The notes below the pieces were generated by a model. That model was not told the DNA's origin and made no database searches. It worked only from the letters and a program-made list of their open reading frames with translations. A DNA stretch of 64,000 nt, taken from contig CAVQJC010000010.1 of assembly GCA_963712745.1 (NCBI GenBank), positions 114,217 to 178,216 on the forward strand. The letters run 5' to 3'. Each line of letters starts with the position of its first letter. Position 1 is the first letter of the stretch. This stretch comes from an uncultured Chloroflexia bacterium (GTDB lineage: Bacteria; Chloroflexota; Limnocylindria; Limnocylindrales; CSP1-4). Below are positions 46,291 through 56,285 of the stretch, piece by piece. A program made the position numbers and the translations under genes.

Positions 46291-47289
46291 CTACTGGTAG
46301 ACCGGCACGACCCAGCTGCCGTAGTCCGCGTTGCGTCCCCGTACAGCGTCGAAGTAGGTATCCATGATGCCGCGCGTGACCGGGCCGATGCCACCGTCTC
46401 CGACGGGCCGATGATCGATGGAGGCGACGGCAGAGACCTGGCCGCCCGTCCCACACAGGAAGACCTCTTCGGCGATGTAGAGCTCGCTGCGGTCGATGGG
46501 GCGCACGTGGCACTCCAGGCCCAGCTCTCGCCGGGCGATGTCGATGATGCCGGCGCGGGTGATGCCCTCAAGGATGTCGGCATTGACGCCGGGCGTGACC
46601 AGCTGGCCCTTGCGGACCATGAACAGGTTCTCCGCGCTACCTTCGGAGACCTTGCCCTCGTGTGTGAGCACGATGGCCTCCTCGTGGCCGTTGAGCGCCG
46701 CCTCGGTCTTGGAGAACGCCGGGTTCACGTATGAGCCGGTGATCTTGGCCCGCGAGGGGATGTTGAGGTCACCGGTGCGGCGCCACGAGACGGTACCGCA
46801 ACTGATGGGCTCGTCGACCGAGATGTAGTCGCCGAAGGGGATCGAGAGCAGGTTCAGTCGCGAATCGATGCCGTGGAGCTTGACGCCGATGGCCTCGTCC
46901 GACTTGTAGACCGTGGCCCGCACGTAGCAGTCCTCTCGGTACTGGTTCTTCCGCAGCAGCTCGAGGGTCAGCTCGATCATCTCGTCCACGCTGTAGTGCG
47001 GATCCATCATCAGGATCTTGCTCGAGTCGACGATGCGCTCGAAGTGTTCGCGCGCCTTGAGCAGGTAGAGCTGCTCCTCGTCCTCGTTCCAGTAGGCGCG
47101 GATGCCCTCGAAGACGGCGGTCCCGTAGAGGAACGAGTGGGTCATGATGCTGACCTTGGCCTCCGCCAGCGGAGTCCACGCGTCCTCGAACCAACATACC
47201 GTGTCGTCCTGCGGACGCGCGCCGGGACGGCGAGCGTGAGGGTCGGACTTGGCTTCGGCTGGTGTCGGGGAGGGCTCTTGGGTCAGCAT
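46291..47289 (-). CDS. ilvE: Branched-chain amino acid aminotransferase
   Basis: YGTAVFEGIRAY, AKITGSY, EGSAENLF, ILEGITR, EVFLCGT. Confidence 0.94.
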   Translation of the reverse strand: MLTQEPSPTPAEAKSDPHARRPGARPQDDTVCWFEDAWTPLAEAKVSIMTHSFLYGTAVFEGIRAYWNEDEEQLYLLKAREHFERIVDSSKILMMDPHYSVDEMIELTLELLRKNQYREDCYVRATVYKSDEAIGVKLHGIDSRLNLLSIPFGDYISVDEPISCGTVSWRRTGDLNIPSRAKITGSYVNPAFSKTEAALNGHEEAIVLTHEGKVSEGSAENLFMVRKGQLVTPGVNADILEGITRAGIIDIARRELGLECHVRPIDRSELYIAEEVFLCGTGGQVSAVASIDHRPVGDGGIGPVTRGIMDTYFDAVRGRNADYGSWVVPVYQ

Positions 47290-47343
47290 GAGCGGGAGTA
47301 TACGCGGGCGCGCGCCGTGGTCGAACCCGGGCCCGCGAACGTC

Positions 47344-47370
47344 GAAGACCCGGCCGTGACGACCGGGTCT
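47344..47370 (-). terminator. Hairpin after rpsR (putative terminator)
   Basis: GAGACCCGG..CCGGGTCTTC inverted repeat. Confidence 0.55.
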
Positions 47371-47395
47371 CGCTGGTAGCTGGTGTTGCGCTGGG

Positions 47396-47656
47396 CTATG
47401 GCCGCATGTGCTGCGGTGCGTACGGCAGCAGGGCCACGTGGCGGGCGCGCTTCAGGGCGACGGCCAGCGCCCGCTGGTGCTGGGCGCAGGTGCCCGTCTT
47501 GCGACGCGGCTCGATCTTGGCCCGCTCACTGATGTAGCGGCGGAGGCGGTTGACCTCCTTGTAGTCGATGGACTTGGACTTGTCGGCGCAGAAGGCACAG
47601 ACCTTGCGGCGACGGCGGTCGCGGTAGAAGTCGTCACGGCGCTTGCGCGGTCCCAT
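47396..47656 (-). CDS. rpsR: 30S ribosomal protein S18 (C+ form)
   Basis: [28 protein letters not shown]. Confidence 0.97.
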   Translation of the reverse strand: MGPRKRRDDFYRDRRRRKVCAFCADKSKSIDYKEVNRLRRYISERAKIEPRRKTGTCAQHQRALAVALKRARHVALLPYAPQHMRP

Positions 47657-47725
47657 GGGCGGGTTCCCTTTCTGTGGTCGGTCGGGTGTTGATCGTGTTC
47701 GGAGGGCCGTCCGGCTGGGCGGCGG

Positions 47726-48223
47726 CTAGAAGGGCAGGTCGTCGAAGTCCTCGGCCGAGCTGGACGGCCCCGCGGAGCCACTCGAGCCGGACCCACTCGA
47801 GCCGGAACTCGAGCCCCCAGCCCTGCTCCCGGAGCCGGAGTCACCCGAGAAGCCGTCAGCCGCGTCACCCGCGATGGGCGGCTCGCCCTCGCGGTCCCGC
47901 CGCTCGAGCGACTGGACGCGGTTGGCGATCAGCTCCGTCGTGTAGCGCTTGTTCCCGCTCTGGTCTTCCCACTGGCGTGTCTGCAGGCGGCCTTCGACGT
48001 AGACCTTGTGGCCCTTGCGCAGGTACTCGGCCACGCGCTCGCCCTGGTCACCCCAGACGACGACGCGGAACCACTCCGTCTCGCTCTGCCATTCCCCCTG
48101 GGGATCGCGGTAGTTGCGGTTGGTGGCCACGCTGAACTGCGTGACCGCCTGCCCGCTGGGGGTGTAGCGCATCTCCGGGTCGCGGCCGAGGTTGCCGATG
48201 ATCATGCACTTGTTCAGCGACAT
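47726..48223 (-). CDS. ssb: Single-stranded DNA-binding protein
   Basis: NKCMIIGNLGRDPE, EGRLQTR, C-terminal DDLPF. Confidence 0.98.
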   Translation of the reverse strand: MSLNKCMIIGNLGRDPEMRYTPSGQAVTQFSVATNRNYRDPQGEWQSETEWFRVVVWGDQGERVAEYLRKGHKVYVEGRLQTRQWEDQSGNKRYTTELIANRVQSLERRDREGEPPIAGDAADGFSGDSGSGSRAGGSSSGSSGSGSSGSAGPSSSAEDFDDLPF

Positions 48224-48247
48224 GGCTGATCCTCCTCTGGTGCGCGC

Positions 48248-48688
48248 CTAGTCGGTCGCGCGGGGGGCGGCCTCGCTCTCGGATTCGTCGATCCTCTCGC
48301 CGTCCTCGAGTTCGTCATCGTCGTCCGTCGGCGGCAGGTCCTCGTCCTCGTCCTCGTCCAGACCGTCGAGATCGTCGTCCTTCCTGTCGCGGCGAGCGGC
48401 CGGGCGTTCGATGCGGGTGACCAGGTGGCGCATGACCTCTTCGGTGATGTTCAGGCCACGTTCGAGCTCATCGATGGCCTCAGGGGGCGCGTCGAAGACC
48501 ACGATGAAGTACGAGCCCTCGCGGTAGCTCGAGATGGGATAGGCCAACCGGCGGCGGCCCCAGGGGCTGACCTTGACGATCTGGCCTTCGCCCGCGGCGA
48601 TACCGCGGGTGGTGCGATCGAGGATCTGCTGGACGCGGTCGTCAGCGGTGTCCGGCCGCAGGACCAGCATCAGTTCATAGCGACGCAT
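48248..48688 (-). CDS. rpsF: 30S ribosomal protein S6 with acidic tail
   Basis: MRRYELM, WGRRRLAYPI, EVMRHL. Confidence 0.97.
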   Translation of the reverse strand: MRRYELMLVLRPDTADDRVQQILDRTTRGIAAGEGQIVKVSPWGRRRLAYPISSYREGSYFIVVFDAPPEAIDELERGLNITEEVMRHLVTRIERPAARRDRKDDDLDGLDEDEDEDLPPTDDDDELEDGERIDESESEAAPRATD

Positions 48689-48755
48689 AGGCGTTCACTC
48701 CTCCCAATGGGTTTGCCTCGCTCGCATGCCGGGCGTGGTCGCCCCACGGCAAGGC
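48689..48755 (-). ncRNA. Probable rpsF leader (S6:S18-binding RNA)
   Basis: GCCTTGC/GCGAGGC stem enclosing a CGTGG/CCACG hairpin and a CCCG internal loop, directly before the rpsF RBS. Confidence 0.45.
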
Positions 48756-48916
48756 TGAAAGGACTGGCCGAGGATAGCACAGCGAACCCAAGGCCCGGCC
48801 ACCGGGAGCCCTCGGGCCGACGCGCCATTTCACCGCGGGCACCGCGCTGGTGCGTCGGTGCACCATCCCGGCGTTCACCGCACGCACCAACGTCGGCGCG
48901 GCGGTGGTCCGGTGCC

Positions 48917-50185
48917 TCAGAACATCATCACGCACCACGCCGTGCGGTCGGCGGCGAACAGCGCATTCGCGCGGCGGAGCGCACCGGGCACGACCTCCTT
49001 GATGCGTCCGGCAGCAGCGAGCTCGGCCGGCCGGGTGGTTCCCAGATAGATGGCCGCGAGGTCCGTGGTGTCCAGGACCAGGTCTGATGCATCGTCGGTG
49101 CGCGCCACCTCCGCCTCGGCGACCCCGGCTTCGCCCTCCGCGCGGAGTCGCCAGCGCCCCGCGTTCCAGGGGCAGAACCTGTCGGATACCTCCAGTACGA
49201 GGGTGCCGGCCGTGCCATAGCGGCGCGCGGTGAGAGCCCCGGGCAAGTCCACGAGCCTGACCCAGAGGCCGTCGCTGACCACCAGGCCCAGCGCTCGCGG
49301 CTCGGCCAGCACGTGCTGGAGCGGCGTCGGTACCGCTACGCGGACGGCCTTGACCGTGCGTACGAGATCGACGTCGAAGAGATAGCGCCACAGCCCGCGC
49401 ACCGCGCGCGGCGACGTGCTCACGGCCTCCTTGACCGTGAGCACCGCCCGCGGCCCACGCTCGTCCCACGATTCCTTCACCCGGTAGATGGCATAGCCCT
49501 CGGGTCGGCCCTCGGCCTCGTAGACCACGCGGAACTTGGGACCGGCACCCTCGCGTCCGTACTCCGGGTCAGCCAGCACGCCCTCCGTCCACCACGCCTC
49601 GGTCCGTGACAGTGCACCGGGCGTGTCGGCTCGCATGGCCTCGTAGACCAGCGGGATCGTCCCGGCCGCCTCGTCCTCGTCGACGATGCGCACGCGACCC
49701 TCGAGAGCCACGCCAGGCGAGAACTCGGTCATGGCGGTCGAGACCTCGAACGAGCCATCCATGGCTGCGAGCCCGTAGCCGAACCGCTGGTAGATCGAGC
49801 CCTCGCTGGCCCGCAACACCGTCACCTGCTCACCGCGCTCGCGGACATCCTCGAGTTGGCGTGCCATGAGCGCCCGCAAGACGCCACGTCGACGCTGATC
49901 GGGCCGCACGCCGACGCCTGTGACGGCCGCTGCCGCGATCTCACCTCCAGGCACCGTCAAGCGCGCCGACAGGGCCGCGGCGCAGCCGGCCGCTTGCTCG
50001 CTGTCGGCGTCTTGGAATGCTCCCAGCCAGCGATCGACCTCTGTGAGCTTCAGCCAGTCCTCGAGCTCGGCGTCGCTGGAGCCGCCTCCGAAGGCCAGCT
50101 GGACGGGCGTGACGAAGGCGCGCAGCTGTTGGGCCATGGGGACCCGAAGATGCCAGTTGGTGGTCGGTCGGTGGTCGGTGCTCAT
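48917..50185 (-). CDS. Eis-like GNAT acetyltransferase with C-terminal SCP2-like domain
   Basis: LTVPGG, VTGVGVRPDQRRRG, ASEGSIYQRFGYG, DGLWVRLVD..AL.AR.Y, CPWNAG, C-terminal F. Confidence 0.9.
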   Translation of the reverse strand: MSTDHRPTTNWHLRVPMAQQLRAFVTPVQLAFGGGSSDAELEDWLKLTEVDRWLGAFQDADSEQAAGCAAALSARLTVPGGEIAAAAVTGVGVRPDQRRRGVLRALMARQLEDVRERGEQVTVLRASEGSIYQRFGYGLAAMDGSFEVSTAMTEFSPGVALEGRVRIVDEDEAAGTIPLVYEAMRADTPGALSRTEAWWTEGVLADPEYGREGAGPKFRVVYEAEGRPEGYAIYRVKESWDERGPRAVLTVKEAVSTSPRAVRGLWRYLFDVDLVRTVKAVRVAVPTPLQHVLAEPRALGLVVSDGLWVRLVDLPGALTARRYGTAGTLVLEVSDRFCPWNAGRWRLRAEGEAGVAEAEVARTDDASDLVLDTTDLAAIYLGTTRPAELAAAGRIKEVVPGALRRANALFAADRTAWCVMMF

Positions 50186-50230
50186 GGCCGCATCGTGCCA
50201 CGCGCCGGGGTGTGGGGTGGGCTGGCAGCG

Positions 50231-50402
50231 CTACCCCGCCGGCATGGCCAAAATGGCCTCGATCGTGGGGTCCGGCGGACCCTCGGCGAGATCGGTGCGT
50301 ATGGCTCGACAAGGCCGGCACGATCGAGCCCGGGTGACGATGGCGCTGGTCTCGGCGAGCCGAGGGTCGTCGTCGGGCACGGGGGTGAGGGAGGTTGCGC
50401 AC
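50231..50402 (-). CDS. Possible small CxxC protein (needs a -1 correction in a C5 run near 50383)
   Basis: GGGAGG then GTG at 50402; corrected reading MRNLPHPVPDDDPRLAET..CRPC..DPTIEAILAMPAG. Confidence 0.3.
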
Positions 50403-50471
50403 GACCCCTCCCGGGCCGTTGGCAGGTTCTGTCGGGAGGCTACGACTCGGCTGGCACTGGGCGCGAGACCG

Positions 50472-51380
50472 TCATGGTCTGCCGTGGCACCTTCGCTCGC
50501 CGCCGTCGCTGTAGGTCTCACCCTCGACGGGCAAGAACTTCCAGGCGTATGACCCGTTCCGTAGCCGCAAGCGCAGTACCCCCCAGGCGTGGCCCTGGAA
50601 CGCTCGGCTATGAGCCGCTTTGGTATCTCCCCTGCCCCTTAGCGGGGCGCCGCCGGTGCCGACGATGAACTGCTGGACGCCATGGCGGCGGTCGACCCGG
50701 CCGTAGGGATCAGCCGGGGCCAGACGCTCGTAGTTGTGGTCATGTCCATTGACGATGATCTCCACACCCGACTTCCACAGCAATCGCTGGAGTGGCCGCA
50801 CGCGAGGATCATCACCATGACTCCCGCTGCTGTACAGAGGTGTGTGCCAGACCGCCATCGAACATCGCGCGCGCTGTTTCGCAAGCTTCTTCTTCAGCCA
50901 CGTGTACTGTGGGCTGCCGGGCCCGCATCCGACCTCGGTCTTGCAGGCCTCGCTGTCGAGGGCGTAGGCCCGCCAACTGCCGACCTTCACGCCGTAGTAG
51001 CCCCGCCGATCCGGCCCAGCGCGCCGACCGAAGTAGTCGAAGTAGCCGCTGGCACCGGGCGTGAGAACGTCGTGGTTGCCGGGCGTGGGTCGGGTCCGAT
51101 GGAGAAGGCGACCCCACGTGGGGTCGTAGTAGGCTTGGAACTCCTCGCGCGTGCCGCTCTGGTAGGCGTTATCACCGGCTGTCATCACGAGGCCTCTCTG
51201 ACCCTCCACCAGCCTGGCCGTTGCTGCCTCGCCAGAGGTGCCGGTCCCCGCGGCGATGTCGCCCGCGACGATGACGGTCGGAGACTTGGCAAGGGCGGGG
51301 AGAGCGATCGTCACCAGCAGGACGGCCATCGACAGGATCACAGCCAACAGGCGGACGGGCAGGCTCGTGCTGCGACTCAT
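50472..51380 (-). CDS. Secreted metallophosphoesterase (calcineurin-like)
   Basis: Signal peptide; AGDIA, GDNAY, PGNHD, WH, GHDHNYER. Confidence 0.9.
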   Translation of the reverse strand: MSRSTSLPVRLLAVILSMAVLLVTIALPALAKSPTVIVAGDIAAGTGTSGEAATARLVEGQRGLVMTAGDNAYQSGTREEFQAYYDPTWGRLLHRTRPTPGNHDVLTPGASGYFDYFGRRAGPDRRGYYGVKVGSWRAYALDSEACKTEVGCGPGSPQYTWLKKKLAKQRARCSMAVWHTPLYSSGSHGDDPRVRPLQRLLWKSGVEIIVNGHDHNYERLAPADPYGRVDRRHGVQQFIVGTGGAPLRGRGDTKAAHSRAFQGHAWGVLRLRLRNGSYAWKFLPVEGETYSDGGERRCHGRP

Positions 51381-51548
51381 CGCGCACAGGATAGACGACC
51401 AGCAAGCTTCCCTTGGTTCCACGACCAGCGTCGGTTCCGCATCGCACGACCCGCCCCAGGCGTCGATGGGTCAGGCGGGCACCCGAAGGCCGTGTGGGGC
51501 ATGACGCGGAGCCGGACCGTCCCGCGGGACGTCCGCCGCGGGCCGAGA

Positions 51549-51584
51549 GGGACGCGACCCCGACGCGTGGCCGGGGTCGCGTCC
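51549..51584. terminator. 13-bp inverted repeat downstream of the RTX-repeat gene
   Basis: GGACGCGACCCCG..CGGGGTCGCGTCC. Confidence 0.55.
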
Positions 51585-51605
51585 TGAGCGTGCGCTGGTC
51601 GGGCG

Positions 51606-52100
51606 CTAGGTCCTGACCGTGACCTTCTCGCAGCCGGTGACGAGGTCGCTGGGGTCGACGAAGGCACGATCGCGGTCGCCATCGCCGCAGTCGACGAAGT
51701 CGGCCCCGCCACCCGCGGCCCGGATGACGTCGTCGGCATCCCCGCCGAAGAGGCGGTCCCGGCCGGCCCCGCCGGTCAGCACGTCGCGACCGTCGCCACC
51801 GCGGAGGACATCGTTGCCCAGGCCGCCGTAGAGCTCGTCGCCCCGCCCGCCGCCGCGGACCACGTCGTTGCCGGGACCGCCGAGGATGAGGTCGCGGCCA
51901 TCCTTGCCGTAGAGGGTGTCGTTGCCGCCCCGACCGCCGATGCGATCGTGGCCCGGGCCACCCTCGAGCTGGTTGGCCTTGTCGTCGCCCTTCAGCACCT
52001 CGTCCCAGGGAGGACCGAGCCCGGCGCCGCTCACGCCCGAGCCGACCAGCATGAGCGCGAGCAGCGCCACGCCCAGCGCCTTGAGGATCATCGGTCTCAT
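51606..52100 (-). CDS. Secreted calcium-binding protein with RTX-type GGxGxD nonapeptide repeats
   Basis: GGAGG RBS, signal peptide, about 9 GGxGxDxL-like repeats, terminal DCGDG.D..CE motif. Confidence 0.88.
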   Translation of the reverse strand: MRPMILKALGVALLALMLVGSGVSGAGLGPPWDEVLKGDDKANQLEGGPGHDRIGGRGGNDTLYGKDGRDLILGGPGNDVVRGGGRGDELYGGLGNDVLRGGDGRDVLTGGAGRDRLFGGDADDVIRAAGGGADFVDCGDGDRDRAFVDPSDLVTGCEKVTVRT

Positions 52101-52365
52101 CACGTACCTCCTCGTACCCCGGGATGCCTGCTGCGCGACAGCCGTGCGGCTCTCATCCCAACAATATGATGGCTCCCGATCTCGGAATGTCCACCTCCAT
52201 TCCAAGATCCAGATCCGACAGGCCCCTTGGTTGCGCCGGCCTCGATCGGGCGTCAGCGAGTTCGAATCTGTGAGCGGTGGCATCCGCTCGGGCAAGTCCA
52301 CGGCATCGACCATCGATGACCTCGCTTGGCCTGCACGCCTCTTGGATGCACCCGCGATGGAAGAG

Positions 52366-52415
52366 TAGTGCGGGAGACGAGACTCGAACTCGCAGGGGAT
52401 CTCTCCCAGCGGTGT
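52366..52415 (-). mobile_element. Displaced 3' half of tRNA-Leu (att-like scar 1)
   Basis: Minus strand ACACCGCTGGGAGAGATCCCCTGCGAGTTCGAGTCTCGTCTCCCGCAC(TA): 3' anticodon stem, long variable arm, T arm and acceptor 3' strand. No 5' half. Confidence 0.75.
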
Positions 52416-52430
52416 CCAGGACGCGCTCTC

Positions 52431-52460
52431 GGCGTCCACGGGCGTCCACGGGCGTCCACC
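52431..52460. repeat. 3 x GGCGTCCAC(G/C) tandem repeat beside scar 1
   Basis: Read directly from the sequence. Confidence 0.85.
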
Positions 52461-52705
52461 CGCGCCCAGGATGGCCTCTCCGAAGGGCCTCGTGCGGGGG
52501 CCTGCCTACCGGCGTTGTGCTCACTGATTCGCCCATCGGGTCCCACCTGCCGCGTGATCCTCGCATCAGGTGCCATGTCCGGTCCCTCCGCCTACCCCCC
52601 GGTGCGCTCGACGGCGCGGCCCGCCGCGGTGAGGCACGACGGTGCCAAGTCGAGATCTCGCCGTCAGCTTGTTCGTCCGTGTCCGGCGGTGACGTCGCCC
52701 TGCCG

Positions 52706-53872
52706 CTAGCTCGGGCAGGCGGGCGAGATAGGAGCACCGGGCTGCTTGATGGCCTTCGCCAGGACACTGGGATTCGCTGTTCCGCCAGCAGTCGCCCAGT
52801 CCGCCAGCTTGGTGAGGTTGCTGTCCGGGCCCAGCACCGCGATGTAGATCGTGGGCCGCTTGACCCAGCGGCCATCGACCTTCACCTGCCTGCAACCGTT
52901 GGCTGGCTCAAGGAAGCGAAGGTTGGCCTTTCCGGCGGCGTTTCGGTAGCAGCCCTCCGTGGTGACGCCGCCACCGATCCAGTACGTCATGGACTTCTGA
53001 CCCTCCGAACAGCGTTTCCCGCTGTCGGTCACCCCGTTCTGGTCCATGCGCTGCTCGAACACCTTGGACGCATCAGGGCCATCCATGAGGTAGTAGGCCA
53101 TGTCCGCGACCGCAGAGGTGTCGGGCGCGCACTGCACCGCGGCGATCGTGCCGCTGGGGTTCTGGCCGCGGCGAGGCACGCAGGTGCCCCGGATGGCCGC
53201 CGGGATGCCCTTCCGGAGCACCTGCTCGGCAGAGGTGAACGTGGCAGGCTTTGGCTTGGCAGCTGCGGCCTTCTGGGCATTGAGCTGACTCCTGACCTCC
53301 TTCAGCTTGGCCTGGAGCGTGGAGACCTGCTTGCGCAGTTTGGTGGTCCTGTTGGCGGCCTTGGTCAGCCTGTCCACGTCCGCCTGCAGCACCCCGAATT
53401 CGGCGAGGATAGCGGCGATGTCACTGTCCGTCAGCGCGATGCTCGGTTGCTCGAAGGCCAGAATCACCTCGCCGTCTCCGTCGGACAACTGGAGAGCCCC
53501 CTCCGCGATGGCCCACGTCGCGACCATCGGGAGGGCGGCGAGGTAGGCGTCCTCGACCGTCGTCTCGTCCTCGGGGCAAGCCGCCAGCGTACGCTCGAAC
53601 TCGTCGCCGAAAGTGAGCGACTCGCCCTCAAGGGCATAGGTCCCGGTCAGGCTGTTGCAGCCACCGTCTCCGCTGGCAACCCCGGTATCGAACTGGAGCA
53701 TCGCGTCCACGGTCCAGGGGACGGGCACGAGCTCCCCATCGGCGGCGTAGGCGGTGAGGTCCCAGCGGGAGCCTTCGGGGCTATCGGGCTCGTCCTGGGC
53801 GAGCGCGGCGGACGGAATGGTGACCACGAATATCGCTGCCACGAGCGCGCGGCAGCGTCGGTACCTGGGCAT
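52706..53872 (-). CDS. Secreted META-domain protein with coiled coil and Cys-rich C-terminal domain
   Basis: Signal peptide (AALAQ), W.L..Y, SGDGGCN..G.Y, TLAAC, E.AYLAAL. Confidence 0.85.
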   Translation of the reverse strand: MPRYRRCRALVAAIFVVTIPSAALAQDEPDSPEGSRWDLTAYAADGELVPVPWTVDAMLQFDTGVASGDGGCNSLTGTYALEGESLTFGDEFERTLAACPEDETTVEDAYLAALPMVATWAIAEGALQLSDGDGEVILAFEQPSIALTDSDIAAILAEFGVLQADVDRLTKAANRTTKLRKQVSTLQAKLKEVRSQLNAQKAAAAKPKPATFTSAEQVLRKGIPAAIRGTCVPRRGQNPSGTIAAVQCAPDTSAVADMAYYLMDGPDASKVFEQRMDQNGVTDSGKRCSEGQKSMTYWIGGGVTTEGCYRNAAGKANLRFLEPANGCRQVKVDGRWVKRPTIYIAVLGPDSNLTKLADWATAGGTANPSVLAKAIKQPGAPISPACPS

Positions 53873-53926
53873 CGCAGAATCCCCCAACTTACGACCGCAT
53901 CGACGACACGAGGCTAGGCCCCACGT

Positions 53927-53983
53927 CAGTGGCTCGGCACGGCCCAGGCGGCCACCACAGGGCCGTGCCTCACAGCCTCCCGC
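53927..53983 (-). promoter_or_regulatory. Leader motif A, copy 1 (upstream of META gene)
   Basis: GCGGGAGGCTGTGA-GGCACGGCCC-loop-GGGCCGTGCC-GAGCCACTG; perfect 10-bp stem. Confidence 0.75.
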
Positions 53984-54899
53984 TTTGGCGCCACGGTCGA
54001 CGGTTCTAGAGCATCGCGCAAGTGTCCAAGGTCACCAGCGACTGGTGCCGCAATGGGTGTGGGCCTAGCCGGATGCTCGATCAGCGCGAGGCCGCCAGGC
54101 GGACGTCCCTCCACGACGCGGGCATTCCCGCAGCGGGGAGCGTCCACGACGTTGTAGCGCCCCAGGAACCACCCCGACTGCGCATCGACGGCCGCTACCC
54201 GGCGAAGCCACTTGAGGACGAGGCGGACAGCGTCCTCACGTTGGTCGTCGCAGGCGAGCCCGTGGGCGGCCTCCAAGCGGCGGTGGTGCTCGGCACAGCG
54301 GTCCGCCTGTTCGGGCGAGGCCAGTCGCCCAGAGAGGTGCGGACGAAGCGAGCGTCAGGGGCATGTCAGTGCTGAAGCGGCGGGGAACGAGCTCGAGGTC
54401 TCGGTGGATGCCGAGGCGATCGCTGCAATGCCGGTAGTCGATCAGCCCGCGACGATGCTGGGCTCTGGGCTCCCACTCGCCAGCCTCATCGGGGCAGCCG
54501 AGCACCCGACATAGCTCGCAGGGTCGGTCTCGTTGCGGCAGAGCTGAGCGTCGAGGTCCACCGGAACGACCTTGGTGGCGTGGTCCCCGAAACGGTCGTG
54601 TTGTCCCAGGCCCATCCGGCGATGGCCCGGTGGTGTCGGGAGTCGGGGACAGTGCGACAGCCATCGCCACCCAGGGCGATGTAGCGCGACAACCGGAGCG
54701 CGGTCCGGTGTGGCTCGGCCGTCCAGTAGCCCTCGCACTGGGTGACCGCGGCCTTGACGGCGTGATCGCGCCGTGCCCGCTCGTCGACCGCCGGCTAGAC
54801 CTCGCTGATGGCCCGCGTCATGAACGGGGGCTGGCTTCGCGAGGCGCACACACCCTTCGGGCCGCTGTAGTTGGGCATCAGCTTGAAGCGCAAGGGTCA

Positions 54900-55165
54900 C
54901 CGAGACGGGCATGCTGCACGCCGCGCCACCGTCCGGTGATCGTGCCGATAGCCGGTGATCGTGCCGATTTCGAGCACCCGACGGGCGCCAGTCAGATGCG
55001 CGAGCATGGCAGCCGATCGTCTGACGACTGGGCCCGCGAACTGGCGACCAGCGACGTTAGGCTCGTGCGTGTGCGCGGCCACGTCGGCGACGCAGCTGGT
55101 CGGGGGCAGACGCGGCGCTCCGCATACGCCACCAGGGGGTCGGCGATGTTCCGGTCGCGCACGGC
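54900..55165 (-). pseudogene. O-methyltransferase remnant (caffeoyl-CoA/catechol OMT family)
   Basis: MLAHLTGARRVLEIGT.TGY motif; frame broken upstream; ends at a 17-bp duplication. Confidence 0.6.
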
Positions 55166-55223
55166 CGCATCACTCCGCCCGGCGGCGCCGCTCGCGGTGT
55201 CCGATGGGCAAGCGATGCCTGGG

Positions 55224-56174
55224 TCAGGCGGCCCACTCCTTGGCGAGGGCGCCCAAGAGGTCTACGTACTCGAGGTCATGGGGCAGGAAGTCCTGGAGGA
55301 CGATCATCTCGACACCCGCGTCCGCGTACTCACGGATCTTGACGGCCGCCTCGTCCGGGGTGCCGATGGCCCAGGAACCGCCGCGCTCGGTCTCGAGGGA
55401 CACGCCACTCCCATACTCCATCGTCTCGACAAGGGTGGCGATACGCCGGTCGGCCTCGGCGCGGTCGGCGCCGATGGCGACGGCGCACAGCACCGACGTC
55501 AGGACCTCACCCGGATCGCGGCCTTCCGCCGCGCATGTGTCGCGGAAGCGAACGAGAGTCTCAGCCGTGCCCTCGGGATCGATCGTGTTGAGATTGAGGT
55601 GGTCTGACCAGCGCGCGGCTGTGCGCAGCCCGCGCGACACGCCGATCGTGCCCATGATCAGCGGGACCCCCGCCTGCTGGACGGGCTTGGGGGCGTATCG
55701 CGTGTCCTCGACCGTGTAGTGCTTGCCGTAGAACGACCAGCCCGGCCCCTCGTTCCAGAATCCGCGCACGATCTGGAACTGCTCCTCCATCATCTCGATC
55801 CGCGTGGTCCGGTCGTAGAAGGCGAGGCCGTGGCGGGCATGCTCGACCTCGTTCCAGCCGGCCCCCAGGCCGAGCTCCACGCGACCTCCGCTCATCTCGT
55901 CGATCGTCGCGACGACCTTGGCCACGTTCGCGGGGTGTCGGTACGTGACCGGCGACACCATCGTCCCGTGCCGAAGCCTCGAGGTCTCGTGAACGAGGCC
56001 CGCGATCGTCGCCCAGGCATCGGTCGTATGCTTGCCGGCCGGGCCTGGGAACGACTCGTAGTGGTCGGCTCGATAGAGGATCTCGAAGCCGGCCGCCTCC
56101 GCTCGCTGCGCGATCTCGACGTGCGTCGACCACGCGACGTCTTGCTGGGGTTCGATCATCAGTGCGAATCGCAT
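55224..56174 (-). CDS. LLM-class (luciferase-like, probably F420-dependent) oxidoreductase
   Basis: MRFALMIEPQQ, RADHY, TDAW, VSPVTYRHP, DEMSGGRVELGLGAGW..EH. Confidence 0.9.
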   Translation of the reverse strand: MRFALMIEPQQDVAWSTHVEIAQRAEAAGFEILYRADHYESFPGPAGKHTTDAWATIAGLVHETSRLRHGTMVSPVTYRHPANVAKVVATIDEMSGGRVELGLGAGWNEVEHARHGLAFYDRTTRIEMMEEQFQIVRGFWNEGPGWSFYGKHYTVEDTRYAPKPVQQAGVPLIMGTIGVSRGLRTAARWSDHLNLNTIDPEGTAETLVRFRDTCAAEGRDPGEVLTSVLCAVAIGADRAEADRRIATLVETMEYGSGVSLETERGGSWAIGTPDEAAVKIREYADAGVEMIVLQDFLPHDLEYVDLLGALAKEWAA

Positions 56175-56285
56175 GCACGCCTCCAGGCTGGATGTCCTCG
56201 CCGGCTCACCCACTTGCTCACAGTACTGGTTAGACGTCCATGCAACAGGGGTCAAGGACCGCCGGCGCCGGCGTTGCGCCTATCG

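Noticed and set aside
54060-54890. Possible gene between the META leader and the O-methyltransferase remnant
   Set aside because: Only short ORFs with no recognisable motif; probably decayed sequence that I cannot assign.
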